A stretch of 64,000 nucleotides of DNA. Origin: Eledone cirrhosa (taxonomy: Eukaryota). The DNA is taken from NCBI GenBank assembly GCA_964016885.1, contig OZ024740.1, forward strand, positions 199,330,001-199,394,000, written 5' to 3'. The position numbers and the translations under genes were made by a program. Shown here piece by piece: positions 1 to 15,568 of this stretch. The first letter of the stretch is position 1; each line of letters opens with the position of its first letter. Below the pieces are notes generated by a model. It ran no database searches, was not told where the DNA came from, and was given only the letters and a program-made list of their open reading frames with translations.

Positions 1-309
1 AGAGAGAGAGAGAGAGAGAGCAGGAGAGTTAATTATTCATTAAAAACTACGTAAGGCCGGATTGGAAGCTTTCTTTAAAAATTTAATTCTGCGAAACCAC
101 TATATATTTTTCAATGGTGCAGTTCCATCATCCGATCATGAATCAAGACTTAGTTAATTCTATCAGCTGTTGATTAGATATTTAATTATATAAAATAACA
201 GGTTTACGGCGAACACGAACGGAGACTAGAAAATAGAGGATAGATTTGTTTCGGGGATGGCTTGCCAACTCGACGTTATTGCAATATATTAAATTCACCA
301 CACATATAT

Positions 310-353
<44 letters not shown>

Positions 354-549
354 GATAAATCTACCAAGAGTTTACGGTAGTGTCCAATCCGTATGAAGAA
401 CTCAATGTATTCCGGATATCATGGAAAGAAGAGATGTAATGAAAAATCACTTTCGGTGAAAGATAAACGGTATACAGAGTCAAGATAAAATATTAAACAA
501 ATAATGAATAAACAATGAAAACAGTTCCTTATATTAAACAAAAAAAGTT

Positions 550-699
550 CATTATTTAACGATCGTTTCTAGGATATATATGTGTTAGAATTGGCATGCA
601 TATTCAACAGATCTATGTACAAAATTATACAAAATTATACAAACTATCAAGATTAAATATACATACCAACACATATATACGCCGTCTTCAGAAATAATG
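550..699 (-). ncRNA. Type I hammerhead ribozyme with ~115-nt extended stem II
   Basis: Minus strand reads cattattt-CTGAAGA-[cggcgtatatatgtgttgg...ctaacacatatatatccta]-GAAA-cgatcg-TT-aaataatg. Stem I is 8 bp, stem III is palindromic (acgatcgt), cleavage triplet GUU. A second copy lies at 63436-63571. Confidence 0.8.
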
Positions 700-949
700 A
701 AATATATTTATTGATAATAACAACAATTCAAAATTTCAGGTCCGTTTGGGAACAAAATTGACCAATGAAAATACAAAAGGTTTAATGCAGTTCGGTGTGT
801 GTATATACATGTAACTACCCTTACACATATTTTACAAAAATGTATGCACAACTTGTATACGCATACGAAAAGGATGGATGCAAATACAAAATTTCAAGGT
901 TAATGTCTCTGTAAGTTTATAATGCACAGATAAGATGCGTATAGACACA

Positions 950-1336
950 TAAATATGAAATAAGTGTATATACATATTTTCATACTCACTCATATCCGTA
1001 CAATCACACATACACACGCGTATATGCATAAACATACACATAAACTACGAACATACAAACACACACACACCCCCACTCACATATATATATGTGGATATAA
1101 AATCCTAAGCACATGGATATTAATTCACTCACATAAACACTGGCACACACATTTAGATCAAGATACAGAAATTAGGTGGGAGGGGGGGGAGAGGTCAGTA
1201 TTCAACTGTTTGGGCAGACTGCTTAATATAGATGTATCTATAAACTAAGAAAATAAAAAATAATAAATAATAAATAAACATTAAAAAGGAAAGAAAAGAA
1301 AAAGAAAAAGAAAAAAGAAAAAAGAAATATATCAAG

Positions 1337-1394
<58 letters not shown>

Positions 1395-1561
1395 CATACA
1401 CGTACATACACACATACATATACACATACACACATACAAACACATACATACATATACACACATCCACACTTAGAACATACATACACACACATATATAAAC
1501 ATATACATATACACACATACATACATATACACACATACATATAAATACACATATATATATA

Positions 1562-1607
<46 letters not shown>

Positions 1608-1904
1608 TACATATATACACTCATACATACACATATAATCACACATACTATATAGACACACATATATATACACACATACACGCACATATACATACACTTA
1701 CATACATATATACATACAGATATACACATACATACCTATATATACACACAAATACATACAGACATACATACATACATACAGACAGATACTTAGGCATCTA
1801 TATATCGGTATATACATACAAACACCACTACACTCTCACACAACTCAGACATACAAAGAAAAAGGTATATACCTATACACATATACATATACAAATAGAG
1901 AAAC

Positions 1905-1971
<67 letters not shown>

Positions 1972-2179
1972 CATACATATACACATATACACACATACAC
2001 ATACATACACATACATACATGTACACACACATAGATATATATACACATACACACATACACACATACATATTTAGTCATACACACACATACACCTACACGA
2101 ACATACACATACACATATATAAAGATATATATACACACACACACACACATACACACACACACATATATATAAAAAATGA

Positions 2180-2228
<49 letters not shown>

Positions 2229-2822
2229 CATACATATACATACACACATACATAGACATATATGTACATACATACACATACATAGATACATACACACACA
2301 TACATACATATATATATATACACACATAGACATATACTTACATACACACACAACATACATACACACATATATACTCATACATAGAATTAGATATATAATC
2401 ATACATACATACGCACTTACATATACTCATATATACAAATACATACGCATCCATATATGCGTATATACATAGAAACACCACTACACCCTCACCCAACTCA
2501 GACATCCAAAGAAAAAGGCATATACATATACATATATACACGCATTAATAGAGATATATATACACATATATATATATATATATATACACACATACACTTA
2601 TATATATATACTCACACCCACATACAACCAAAAATACACATACAAACACCCACATATACATATATATACACATATATATATATACACACACATAAAAAAC
2701 AGACATGCACATATATATTTTTTTACACACATATATACACATATATATACATATACACACCCTCACATATACACACATACACATAAGTTATATTATAATA
2801 ATAAATAATATATATATATAAC

Positions 2823-2877
<55 letters not shown>

Positions 2878-3150
2878 CGAATATAGACATATATACGCAC
2901 ATAGATACATATATATATATATATACACATACATATACACACACACATATACACACTCACATATACATGTGTGTGCACACACACATATATACACATACAC
3001 ACATATACACATAAACACATATATGTGTATACATGCGCACACACACATATATCCACATAGATACGAAGATAGACATATAAATAGAGAGACATACATATAT
3101 ATACACACACACACATATACATACATACATACACACACATATATATATAT

Positions 3151-3213
<63 letters not shown>

Positions 3214-3300
3214 CACACATACACATACACATATATATACACACATGCATATATACACATATACACATACATACACACACATATATATATACACACACAA
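950..3300. repeat. Compound (TA)n/(CA)n/(TACA)n microsatellite field
   Basis: Direct inspection; source of the YI/VC/HT pseudo-ORFs. Confidence 0.95.
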
Positions 3301-3599
3301 TCTTACATTCTTATTTGCATGCGCATATATGTATTTTTATATTCAGATATAAATACCCAAACATATATACACCTACCTACATATATATTCATACATACAC
3401 GCCTACAAAGACAGATGGTAATAGTATGGGGGAAAGGGGGGGGTTGGAGAAGGGGATTATAGTAAATATATGTTTCAAGAAACATAGAATATTATCCGTA
3501 TCAGGATCCAATGTATATTTTTTTACATAGTTTCAGTGTTAGGAAATACAATAAACCAGAAATAAGGCAAAATTTATGCATTTCAAAATAAATAAGTAT

Positions 3600-5640
3600 A
3601 CCATTAAATTATATGTTAACTAAACTAAAGATAGTTAACATATTGATTTCTAAGGTGTAAATTAGTTAGGTTTATAATATTTGAAGCAGAATTTTGAAGT
3701 TAAATAGTAGTAGAGTATTAATTATAGTATAACTAAATTAAAGTTAATAACGTTATGGTATCAATATTAGGAACTGAATTTAGTAATAGGGAAAAAACAA
3801 ATAAAGTATTACATCGGTAGTAGAATATAAATTATAGGTTAACTAAATTAAAAATTATATATTTATTTCTATAGTATATGTTAATTAGGTATATAATAAA
3901 TAAAACAGATATTGTATTTTATCAATAGCAGAATATAATTATATGCAAATAGAAATCAAAATTAATACATATACATATACATATACATACACATATATAT
4001 ATACACATATATATACATATATATATATACATATATACACATATACACACACACACACATACATATACACATATACATATACATATTTTTTCAAAAATTG
4101 CAAAGAATATATTAACTAGGTATATATCCAAAACACATCCCATTCTATGATTACATGACATTCTGCAATTCGTCTGTATAAGGATACTAATTTTAAGCCA
4201 ATTAAATTAAATTTTTAGGTTGATTAAAATTAAAGCCAAATTATAAATATATTTCTAAAATGTATATTAATTAGGTCTATAATACTAAAAATTAATTCTC
4301 TGTCATTGGATACACGATATTTTGTTATATTTTATCTGTAAAAGAATTATAATAAAAGGTTTAAATAAATTAAAATTAATCTATAAATTAAATTACTAAG
4401 TATATATTAGTAATATTTAAAGGTTTTTCACAATTTATGATTACATAATATTTTATATTCTCATCTGTAATAGAATTTTAATTAAATTAAATTTATAGGT
4501 TAACTAACATTTAAATTAAAATTAAATTAATTTCTAAAATAATGTTATTAATTAGGTTTATAATATTTAAATGTTTTTTTTAATTTATGATTACACGATA
4601 TAATTAATTCCTGTCGTTTATTTAATAGGATATCCTTAGATTTCATTATTTCAAATAGTTCTTGGGAACATAATCTACATTCATTTCTATTATTTTGATA
4701 AGGGGTGGCTCTTTTGAGCACACTCCAGGTCAAATCATATTCTATATTCTTATTTTTATAAATATTGATTTTTTCTGCTAGAGATGTTGTATTAGCCAGT
4801 GCGGCATTTTTAAAACTATGCTTGTGGGTATTAAACCTTGTCTTAAAATTGTTAGAGGTAGCTCCTATATATGAGCAAATAGAATCTTTAGTTTTAACAT
4901 TACATTTATAGACTATGTTGTTAACAAGACAATTCCCTTTTAATGGGCAGTTTGCTTTGTTTCTACAGTTACAACCTTTCGTTAATTCTGTATTTGAGGA
5001 GATATAATGGTTAATTTGATGTACTGGTGGTATACTTATGGTTTTCTTACATTTATATGCATTATAGGCACTTATATTTTGTTTTATGTTATTTGTTGTA
5101 GAATATGAGAATTTAACTGTAGACCTATTTAAGATTTGATGGTATTTGTGGTTTGGCGGGAAGTTTTTCTCTAGGATATAAAAAATTTTTTAGCAATATT
5201 ATCCTTAATTTGTAAATTAAATGGAGCATTATACCAAGTAACCCGTCTATTACGGTTTCTATGTTGTTTATTATTTTTATTATTTTTATAGGTTGTATCG
5301 TAATTTTTACTAGGAGGATTAATGTTAATGATCTCACCACAACCATTTTTAGTTATATTTGTAGATTTAGGTGTTTTATCCTTTTTATTAGGAGTTTTAT
5401 TATTAATGTTTATTAGAGTTGTATGATGAGTAGTTTTTTGAGAGTTACTATACTTTATATTAGAAGATTTGGTATTTTGGGGTATAGTGTGGGTGGCATT
5501 TAGGTGTGTACTTTTCATTTGGTGTTTGTTGGTAATATTAGGTTGTATGCTTTCAGTATTTTTAGTAGAAGGTATATATTCTAATCTATTTTTGTGGCCA
5601 CTTCTATCTAGAGCTTCGTTATAGAAGGTCGCATTTTTAT
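3600..5640 (-). mobile_element. 5'-truncated Penelope-like element (RT thumb end, linker, GIY-YIG, 3' UTR), probably Nematis-like
   Basis: Frameshifted translation: FYNEALDRSGH, VTWYNAPF, CNCRNKANCPLKGNCLVNNIVYKC..YIGATSNNFKTRFNTH, CRLCSQE..LLNKRQELIISCNH. Clade label is from recall of the Cys patterns. Confidence 0.85.
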
Positions 5641-7004
5641 CAATATATATATATATATATATATTAAAATAAGTGTTTACCCTCCTTAATCGATTCACAG
5701 TGGTGTTTCATTAATATTCACTATCAAATCAATAAACAAAATCGATAAATAACGTACGGGAAAATAGTTAGTTTACATTTATCACAGCTTGGTGAATTTC
5801 TAATCGAACATGATGTGTAAATCTATTAATATGATAAACTGTATAGATTTATCTTAGTGTGAAAATCATCAATAAACCCATAATTAATATACAAATGAGT
5901 TACTGTAGTAGTATCAGGGAGCATTACTAATTGAACATTTCAAGGAAAATATCTGATTTTCTATTTTCACATATATAACTGATGACATTGAATTAGTCTT
6001 AAACTCTATATATACGTAAGCCTCATGGTGATGTAACTGGGTGTGAGTGAGTGCCTGTCTATTGTTGTTGATGTTATGTCAGCTTAGCGAACACTGTAAG
6101 ATTTAAGACGGCCACCATTCTGTTCGCAGACTTATCAATAAACTTTTTTGGATAATTCAGCCACGAAAACACAGGATATTGTATTAACTTTTGGTATTGT
6201 TAAGTTTTTATTTCCTTTTTTTTTCATGAAATTTGGATTGTATTTAATTTTGGTGTTTTATAGTGATTATGGTTTCTTTTTAATAATTTTAATAATTTTC
6301 CGTTAAACTTGATTATTAACATATCATTGAATTTAACTGTAATGATCTGGTGCCTTTAAATTCTTTTATAAAATAATTTAGTCTTTGCGTTTGGTTTGAA
6401 ATATTTAAAAACGTAGAATATAAAATGTACACTTAGTGAACATTACAGGCACTTCGCAGGTGCTAACTGCATGTGAGAGAAGCGAGTGTATCAGCTAATG
6501 TGGTACATTGTGTTATTTGATAGAAATCTTTTATTTTAAGCCTATATAACCTTAAATAATTTATCATCGATAGGTGAAGTCGGAAATACAACTATTTAAT
6601 CATAAATGCATAAACATATAAACATACCTACAAATGCACTCACACATATCCACAAGCATGAAATTGCACGCGGATGTCCCTGCACATAGCGATAGAAAAA
6701 ATAATAGGTGAATTTAACAATTCACAATTGTGCTGTCCTCATACCAGGATGTATTACCTACGAGGTATATCGCATGGTTTAATGATCATCTTAAGCGCAA
6801 TGTTACTGGAAGGATGGACATGATGTCAGTAAGAAACAGATCACGATCTAGTCCACACATATGCTATGTTTTCCACCGGTATACTATGCTGCATTCATTA
6901 AACTTCTTCTCGTGTGGCCTCGACTCAATCCTATATACTTGTCCTTATATCCAAATAATGTTCAAGATCCCTAAGCTCAAAGATAATCATTATATTCAGT
7001 CATT

Positions 7005-7191
7005 GGCCAGTGGATTGGCAGTATCGGTAGAGGGTCGGACGCCATGCTTTGACGCATAGAGTTACGGCCCTTGTCATTCTGAGTTCAAATCCTGCCGAGG
7101 TTAACTTTGCCTTTCATCCTTATGGGGTCGATAAAATAAAGTACCAGTAATACACTAGGTAATTGCTGGCCTTGTGCCAAAAGTAGAAACA
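7005..7191 (+). mobile_element. tRNA-derived SINE (octopus-type), full length with TSD
   Basis: A-box-like tggcagtatcgg, B-box gagttcaaatcc, conserved core gcctttcatcctt..ggggtcgataaaataaagtaccag. 16-bp direct repeat attatattcagtcatt at 6989-7004 and 7192-7207. Confidence 0.9.
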
Positions 7192-8558
7192 ATTATATTC
7201 AGTCATTTCCTTCCAGCACTTGAGTCATTTGCAATATTGTTCTTGTCCATGACGTCCCACCACACATCGATTTGCAACAGTGAAATTATGGGAAATACTT
7301 TGAATGCTCTAAGGTCATCAGATTACGAGTGATGTTATTGGAATCAATCAGGTTCACTTGGAATGTCCTAGGAAGTGCATCATTTTAAGCAAACGTTTCC
7401 GGAATTAATTAATCATTTTGACTTCTCTAAAAAGGCTACAGTGTAATCGTGTTGTTATCGGAATCATTCACAGTCGTCTTAAAGGCCCTATAAATCTAGA
7501 TAATCCCCTTACCCAGACCAATTGATAAATGAAAACACTCTTTCACCTTCTTGGCGATTGTTTATCATTAAACATATAGTTCATCAAATAAAAAATATAT
7601 CTGTATTTTGGGAATATTTTATCCCGCTAAATACACACTATTATAGTAACCTCGTATATGTGGGCCTTATGCCAAATGCAGAAACAATTATTGTAGCTTT
7701 GTATTATTTCAAAACATCGTTGGATGTAGGAGATTTGTAATAGCAAAATTAAGTCATTTTCTTATTTTTCCACCACCCCAGGAACATATTTTAGCCCACA
7801 TTGCAGCATCCACCTCTCAAAAATCTCTTAACCGTTAAATCAACATAGAAAATGTTCGTGCCACTGGTTACATTCTGCTGGAGAATTTATGAAAAAATGG
7901 GAGCAATTACATTTTTAGCCGGTTGTTTTTTGAATTGAATTTGATAACTCGGAAGCAGTTATAAAGTTTATTTTTCATTGTCACCGATCAAGTTTGAAAT
8001 GAATTTAGTCTTTTATATTTTCTTCTTTACATGTCATCATAACAGTTTTACATGTCTCATTTCAATTTCCTCTCACACAGATTCCAGCGTGAAATATTAA
8101 CGCACAATTTACCTTGGATATTAAACCGTGATATTTCCTTCACACCAAAGGGAATGTAGATAGAAATCGTTGAATTGATAATGGTATTTTCACTAGATAA
8201 TATATAAACTCTTGACATGATGGATGCCCGTGTATCATAATCAATCCAAAAACATCCTGTAGTAATCAAACCGGATCTGAAATAAGATTTCTGTTAGACG
8301 CTAGATTGAAATAGTAGTGTTTTATTTTTCATTAGCAGTGGGTTCTATTACGAGAAATTATTTAACCTTGGTAGAATCATTAGAGGGTTGGGGGAGATGA
8401 CAAGCATTACTTGAATGCGGGATTCCACGATTCTAATATCAAACCCCACTGTCATTATTTATATATTATGGAGTCGGCCATTAGAGCGACAGTGAAATGC
8501 TAGAGCCCACTCGACTTTCCCACTAAAGCAGCTGCTCTTATAGCCTCATATTATTAAA

Positions 8559-8646
<88 letters not shown>

Positions 8647-8649
<3 letters not shown>

Positions 8650-9150
8650 CGTTTCTGAATTTGTTTAGCAAGATTCTTTATCTGAAAACGTGTGTTGAAA
8701 CCGATATTGTTATACTTTGGGAGGGTCATGTTGCCAATAAGAAACACACGCACCAGTTGTTTCACTTCAATTTATTATAATAAATTTATAAATTTAGGAA
8801 TTTATAAATTTCCGGTTGGTTGGTTCCACAACCAGATGGTTGTTTATATATTGTCAAAGTTCTTTCCTCACACATTCTGTGACCTCTTCAGTGACTGGGG
8901 ATTCTTTTCTTTGTTTTTTTGTGCTTCTCCTTTGCTCTGTCCTACGCCATCTTGTTTTTCTGCGTGTGTTGTGTGATTAGTTTGCGCATGTGTTACATCC
9001 GGGTGTCTGTGTGTGTTTATATTCGTTTATTTATTTGTTTAATTACATGTTACTGGTTGGTTGTTTGTTCTATGTGCGTGTGTGTTTTCATTTTGTCCTC
9101 GATTGTAAGTTGTGATGTTGCTGTTCCACTCATGTTTTCTATTTAATTTT
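8647..9150 (-). mobile_element. Naiad-like PLE 3' fragment (last GIY-YIG codons plus 3' UTR), family B
   Basis: Begins with codons KLNRKHEWNS, matching RLNRKNEWNN at the end of the GIY-YIG ORF at 34964-35512. Carries the terminal motif atgaccctcccaaagtataacaata and abuts (TA)n. Confidence 0.75.
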
Positions 9151-9159
9151 GAATTACAA

Positions 9160-9520
9160 TCAAAATTAAATAGAAAACATGAGTGGAACAGTAACATGAC
9201 AACTTACAAATAAGGACAAAATGAAAACACACGCACATAGAACAAACAACCAACCAGTAACATGTAAATAAACAAATAAATAAACAAATATAAACACACA
9301 CAGACACCCGGATGTAACGTATGCGCAAACTAAGCACACAACACACGCTGAAAAACAAGATGGCGTAGGACAGAACAAAGGAGAGGCACAAAAAACAAAG
9401 AAAAGAATCCCCAGTCATTGAAGGGGTCACAGAATGTGTGACAAAAGAACTTTGACAATATATAAACAACCATCTGGTTGTGGAACCAATCAACCAACCG
9501 GAAATTTATAAATTTATTAT
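9160..9520 (+). mobile_element. Inverted partner of the Naiad-like family B fragment
   Basis: Reverse complement of ~8780-9150 with scattered mismatches; apex atttaattttga-attacaa-tcaaaattaaat. Confidence 0.8.
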
Positions 9521-9656
9521 AAACAAATATTGACATACCCTTAACGAATGCAAAAATGTCAGTTGGAAGCTCCTGGATAGTGGGGTTACTCACTATCCGG
9601 GAGCTACCAACCGACATGGTTGCATTCTTTAAGGGTATGTCAATATTTGTTTATAA
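9517..9656. repeat. ~140-nt near-perfect hairpin
   Basis: ttataaacaaatattgacataccctt...ggatagtggg / ctcactatcc...aagggtatgtcaatatttgtttataa. Confidence 0.9.
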
Positions 9657-9671
9657 AACTGATCTATATTA

Positions 9672-9736
9672 TATTTTATCTGATGAAAGCGCACCATAAT
9701 TTGCTTCGGTGTCCTTGAAATATGTATAATGAAATA
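9672..9736 (+). ncRNA. Minimal type I hammerhead ribozyme
   Basis: tattttat-CTGATGA-aagcgcacc..ggtgtcctt-GAAA-tatgta-TA-atgaaata; stem I 8 bp, stem II 8 of 9 paired. Confidence 0.75.
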
Positions 9737-9870
9737 AATATGGTTTTATAAATATAGTTTCCATGTGTTAATATATTGTATTTTTACTCTAAACATTTGT
9801 TGAGTGCATTATATCAATTATAAAAATATTTGCTTGTTGTATCCCCACAAATTAAATATGACTTATATAG

Positions 9871-9901
<31 letters not shown>

Positions 9902-10113
9902 TAAGTGGATGGTGAAACTTGATCTTTCAACACATTTATATTAGTCCATTCATTTTCTCTGAGATCTAGTTATGTAATGGCGCATATATAAATGTAGAAA
10001 CACGCATAATATGTAGAAACATTTTGTCTAGAGAATTTCTCACACTTGAATCATAGTTAAATTTGAATTAGTAGTGGTGAATTTAGGCTCAGTGGATATT
10101 TTATATATATATA

Positions 10114-10260
<147 letters not shown>

Positions 10261-10432
10261 TATATATGTATGTATAAGTAGAAGGGGTATTTAACTTGTT
10301 GGAAGCCCCACAAATATAATTGCTTATAACTGATTTAGAGCACTCAAAAGTGTACTGGAGTAAATTCAGTGAATTTCCAACCGATAAGGTATTATTTACA
10401 TGGGTATGTCTCTATTTATAAAACAAACTTTG

Positions 10433-10495
10433 TATTTTTTCTGATGGAATCGTACCAATGTGTCTTGGTACCCTTGAAATATATATAATTAAATA
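10433..10495 (+). ncRNA. Decayed hammerhead, same family as 9672
   Basis: CTGATGG (A9G)-..gtacca/tggtac..-GAAA-tatata-TA; flanks 10380-10540 resemble 9610-9780. Confidence 0.55.
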
Positions 10496-10537
10496 AATAA
10501 GGTTTTATAAATATAGTTTCCATTCATTTAATATCAT

Positions 10538-10616
<79 letters not shown>

Positions 10617-10751
10617 CTATATATCTATATATCTATATATATATATATACATATGTATATATATAGTAATAATAATAAATTTGAACACTAAAATCCAAAG
10701 GGGGCTCGATACTTTAATCTCTTATTTTAATCTGTTATATATATATATATG

Positions 10752-11550
10752 TAGACGGCATGGAGCTCAGAAAATCACCGATGCTGACTATGCGGATGAC
10801 TTAGCGGTCCTCGCTGACTAGCTTAAGGATGCAACATCACTACTTCACAGAATTGAATCAGTTGCAAAGGAAATTGGACTCTATGTCAACGCAGGCAAAA
10901 CAGAATATATTTGCCTGAACCAAGAATTCTCAGTTGGTATGAGAAGTCTAAACGGCGATATAATCAGGCAAGTTGACGACTTTAAATACCTGGGTAACTA
11001 TATCGCCTCCACAGAACATGATGTTAACATCAAACTGGGAAAAGTCTGGGGAGCATTGAATGCAATGGAAAAGATATGGAAATCAAACCAGCCGGCCAAA
11101 CTGAAAAGGAATTTCTTCAGAGCTGCTGTGGAATCTGTGCTTGTTTATGGCTCTATCACTTGGACGCTAACGTCGAAACTATTGAAAATGCTAGACGGGG
11201 CATACACACGTATGCTCCGCGCTGCTTTAAACGTGTCTTGGAGGGAACACCCAACAAATAAGGATCTCTATGGCAATATACCACCTATCAGCAGGTCAAT
11301 ACGTGGACATAGACTAAGATTTGCTGACTGCTGTTGGCACAGCAAGGAAGAAATAGCAGGTGATGTGTTATTATGGAGTCCATTTAATGGAGCAAGAATC
11401 GCTGGTCGTCCCAAGAAGACATACGTCAAGCAACTTGAGGACGATGCTGGATACACTGCGGAAGAACTCGCAACAAACGCTATGAGAGACAGAGATGGAT
11501 GGAGGAAACGTGTCGTAGAAAGCCGAGTAAGCTCGACCTGATGATGGTGA
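10752..11550 (+). mobile_element. RTE-clade LINE 3' fragment (RT C-terminus)
   Basis: [59 protein letters not shown]; ends in a (tga)n-like tail. Confidence 0.9.
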
Positions 11551-11561
11551 TATATATGCAT

Positions 11562-12080
11562 CCCTACAAGAGAGTGCGGAAACGATCGGCCTGAGAATCA
11601 ACACAAAAAGACCAAGGCCATGAGAACTGTCAACAACACAGCTCTAGTGATCAGTCAATCAACACAACCTCGAGGAAGTCGATCACTTCACCTATCTGGG
11701 CAGCATCCTGATAAGCAGCGGAGACGCGGAGCTCAACATCAACTGTCGGATCGGCAAACGAACCGCAGTTTTCCAGCGGCTGTGCCCAGTCTGGTCGTCT
11801 TCATGCATTAGCACTAAGACCAAGCTCCGCCTGTACCAGAGCATCGTGCTGCTGACAGTACTTTAGGCGGGCGAGACCTGGAAATGTACGGCAAAAATAG
11901 AGAGACGGCTGAACGCTTTCCACCAGCGGTGCCTGCGAAAGATACTTCATGTGTCTTGGGACGACCGAGTGCAAACTAGGAGATCCTGCGGAGAGCCGAG
12001 TCGTCGACGCTACATAGAGTGTTCACGGAGCGTCGGTGCCGTCTGGCTGGCCATATTCTGCGTCTGCCGAATGGATACAT
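11562..12080 (+). mobile_element. Second, GC-richer RTE-type LINE RT fragment (frameshifted)
   Basis: IGLRINTKKTK, EEVDHFTYLGS, TKLRLYQSIVL, ETWKCT, NAFHQRCLRKILHVSW. Confidence 0.85.
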
Positions 12081-12084
12081 TTGC

Positions 12085-13335
<1,251 letters not shown>

Positions 13336-13652
13336 ATGTATCCATATGCAACAAATAAAATCCATGGATGAGAAAAATGAAGAAGCAAAACAATGCTCAA
13401 TATATTGGAAGAACCCTAATATATTATTTATTTATATTCATACACAGAACATGAAAACACTTAGTCAGAGTGCAAAGTGCAGTTATGGCCATCACCCTAG
13501 ACTGCGCAACGGGGTACATAATGAGCGATATTAGCCAATCCCTAGTCATCAGATACTGGGAAGATGGCCATAACTATACCTTGAAGTCACAGGTTGCGCT
13601 TTCTTGTTCTGTGAATGGAAAATAAATAAATAAATATGTATAAATATATATG

Positions 13653-13829
<177 letters not shown>

Positions 13830-13867
13830 AGTTTATGAAATGGAAATGCGGGTATAAAGAATTTATT

Positions 13868-13983
13868 AGGTAACAATTGTTTCTATAGTGTATGGGTTAC
13901 CTATACCTCGCTACTTGAATAATATAAAATATTATCATAAACCGAAGGTACACTGTAAGCAAACACACCATGTCGTCAGAGCT
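13868..13983 (-). ncRNA. Hammerhead in the 3' pseudo-LTR (stem I disrupted)
   Basis: agct-CTGACGA-[89 nt]-GAAA-caattg-TT-acct. Confidence 0.65.
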
Positions 13984-15568
13984 TTGTATTGGAATGATAT
14001 GAAAATATTTTATACACTAGATAAAAGAGAAAGAAGGAGGTAGGAAGAGAAGGGGAAGAGGGAAGTGAGTAAGGGGGAGGGAGTCCTAGAATTTAAGACT
14101 GTCAGACTAGTAGAGATTGTAAGGAGAGAATGTTTTGGCAGCAGTTAGCTTAATGAGGCGTGTTAGGGTTGGTGGGGGAAGTAAATTCTTCTAGTGGTGT
14201 TGTTTGTACAAAATTTAGTTAAAGGGGTCAAAGTGGTACAGAGTTACATACAAGTTATTGGGACTATTATAGTAGCAGGTTATTTCTAAAGTGGTCCAGA
14301 AAACAGTGTTTAGTACTATTATTATAGAAAGCCATATCCTGTGTATAAACATATAAAACAGAAATTTGCAAACGGTGGTGTAAAAAGGTAACATTATATG
14401 CATTTAAAAAAAGGAAAAGTCTTTTTCAAACGATGGTTACAGTACAGTGAACGTTCAATTTTGCTGTTCAAAAGTTTGTTTACCGACGTTAAAATGCAGT
14501 ATATCTCCATATTGCATAATTTACAGAATCAATGATTTTGCTGATATGCAGGCGCAGCAGCAATAATTTGCCAATCAAGGGAGAATGCTTGATTGTTCCT
14601 CCGGAGCTGCCAGGCTTTATCGGCGACGGTTGTTACGGAGCGCATTTTATTGTGCCTGATCGAAGATCGATGTTGGTATAGGCGAGCTTTGAAGGAAGTT
14701 GCGGTACATCCGACGTAATACCATTTGTTGGTTCTGGAATTTATTGTACATCGGTAGACAATATTGCGTGCTAGGCACTGGTTATTCAGTGGACACGTAC
14801 CTGGTTTGGTGCAGTTACAATTATTTTTATGTGTTGCAGTTATATCCTGGATAGTTTGGTGGGGTTGTAGTTGCGTGTTAGTGCGTTGTATGTTGCTATG
14901 CTGGTGCGCTGAGTCATTAGGGATGTACTTATTTAGTATAGCTGAGTTGAGTTTTTTAATTAGTTGTTCTATGTTAGGTGCAGTGGAGTATGAGAGTCTA
15001 ATGGTTCGCGAGTTAAATATTTTATAGTATTATGTGAAGTTGTAAAGTGTTTATTGATTAGTGTATAGAATTGTGAGATAATCTTAGTGCTAATAGAAAT
15101 ATTGTACACGGGGTTATACCATATGTACTCTCTACATCTGACTCTATTTGCTGGATTCTACCTATTAGTATGCCTATTGATGTGTGTGTGTGGTGCAATA
15201 CTAGTTCGACTTACATGTGTTTTATTCATAGTACTTATGTGGTTATCGTCTAGATATTCTATTTTCTCGTAGTAACCCGCTTTTCTAAGTGCGTCATTAT
15301 AATATTCAGCATGCTCGTTGAAGGTCTGCAAATTAGACGACAGTCGGGAGATCCTTATGGATATATTTTTAGCGATAGATTTAATAATGGAGTGGGGATG
15401 GTTCGATTTTACATTAACGTACTTGAGATTTTCATTAAGTTTGTGAAATGGCTCTATATTATCGTTATTAAGGTTGAAGGTGACATCCAAGACGTTGACC
15501 ACCTTAAGATTGTGTTCGAAGGTAATATTAAGCCCTAGTTCTAAGAAAAGTTTCCTAATGTTTTTACG

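Noticed and set aside
7005-7100. tRNA gene
   Set aside because: A/B boxes belong to a multi-copy SINE head; no cloverleaf.
8676-8712. ctgaaaacgtgtgttgaaaccgata as an antisense hammerhead in family B
   Set aside because: C3-A8 mismatch, no stem II after A9 and no stem I.
11538-11550. ctgatga at the LINE end
   Set aside because: This is the RTE stop codon plus (tga)n tail; no downstream GAAA or stems.
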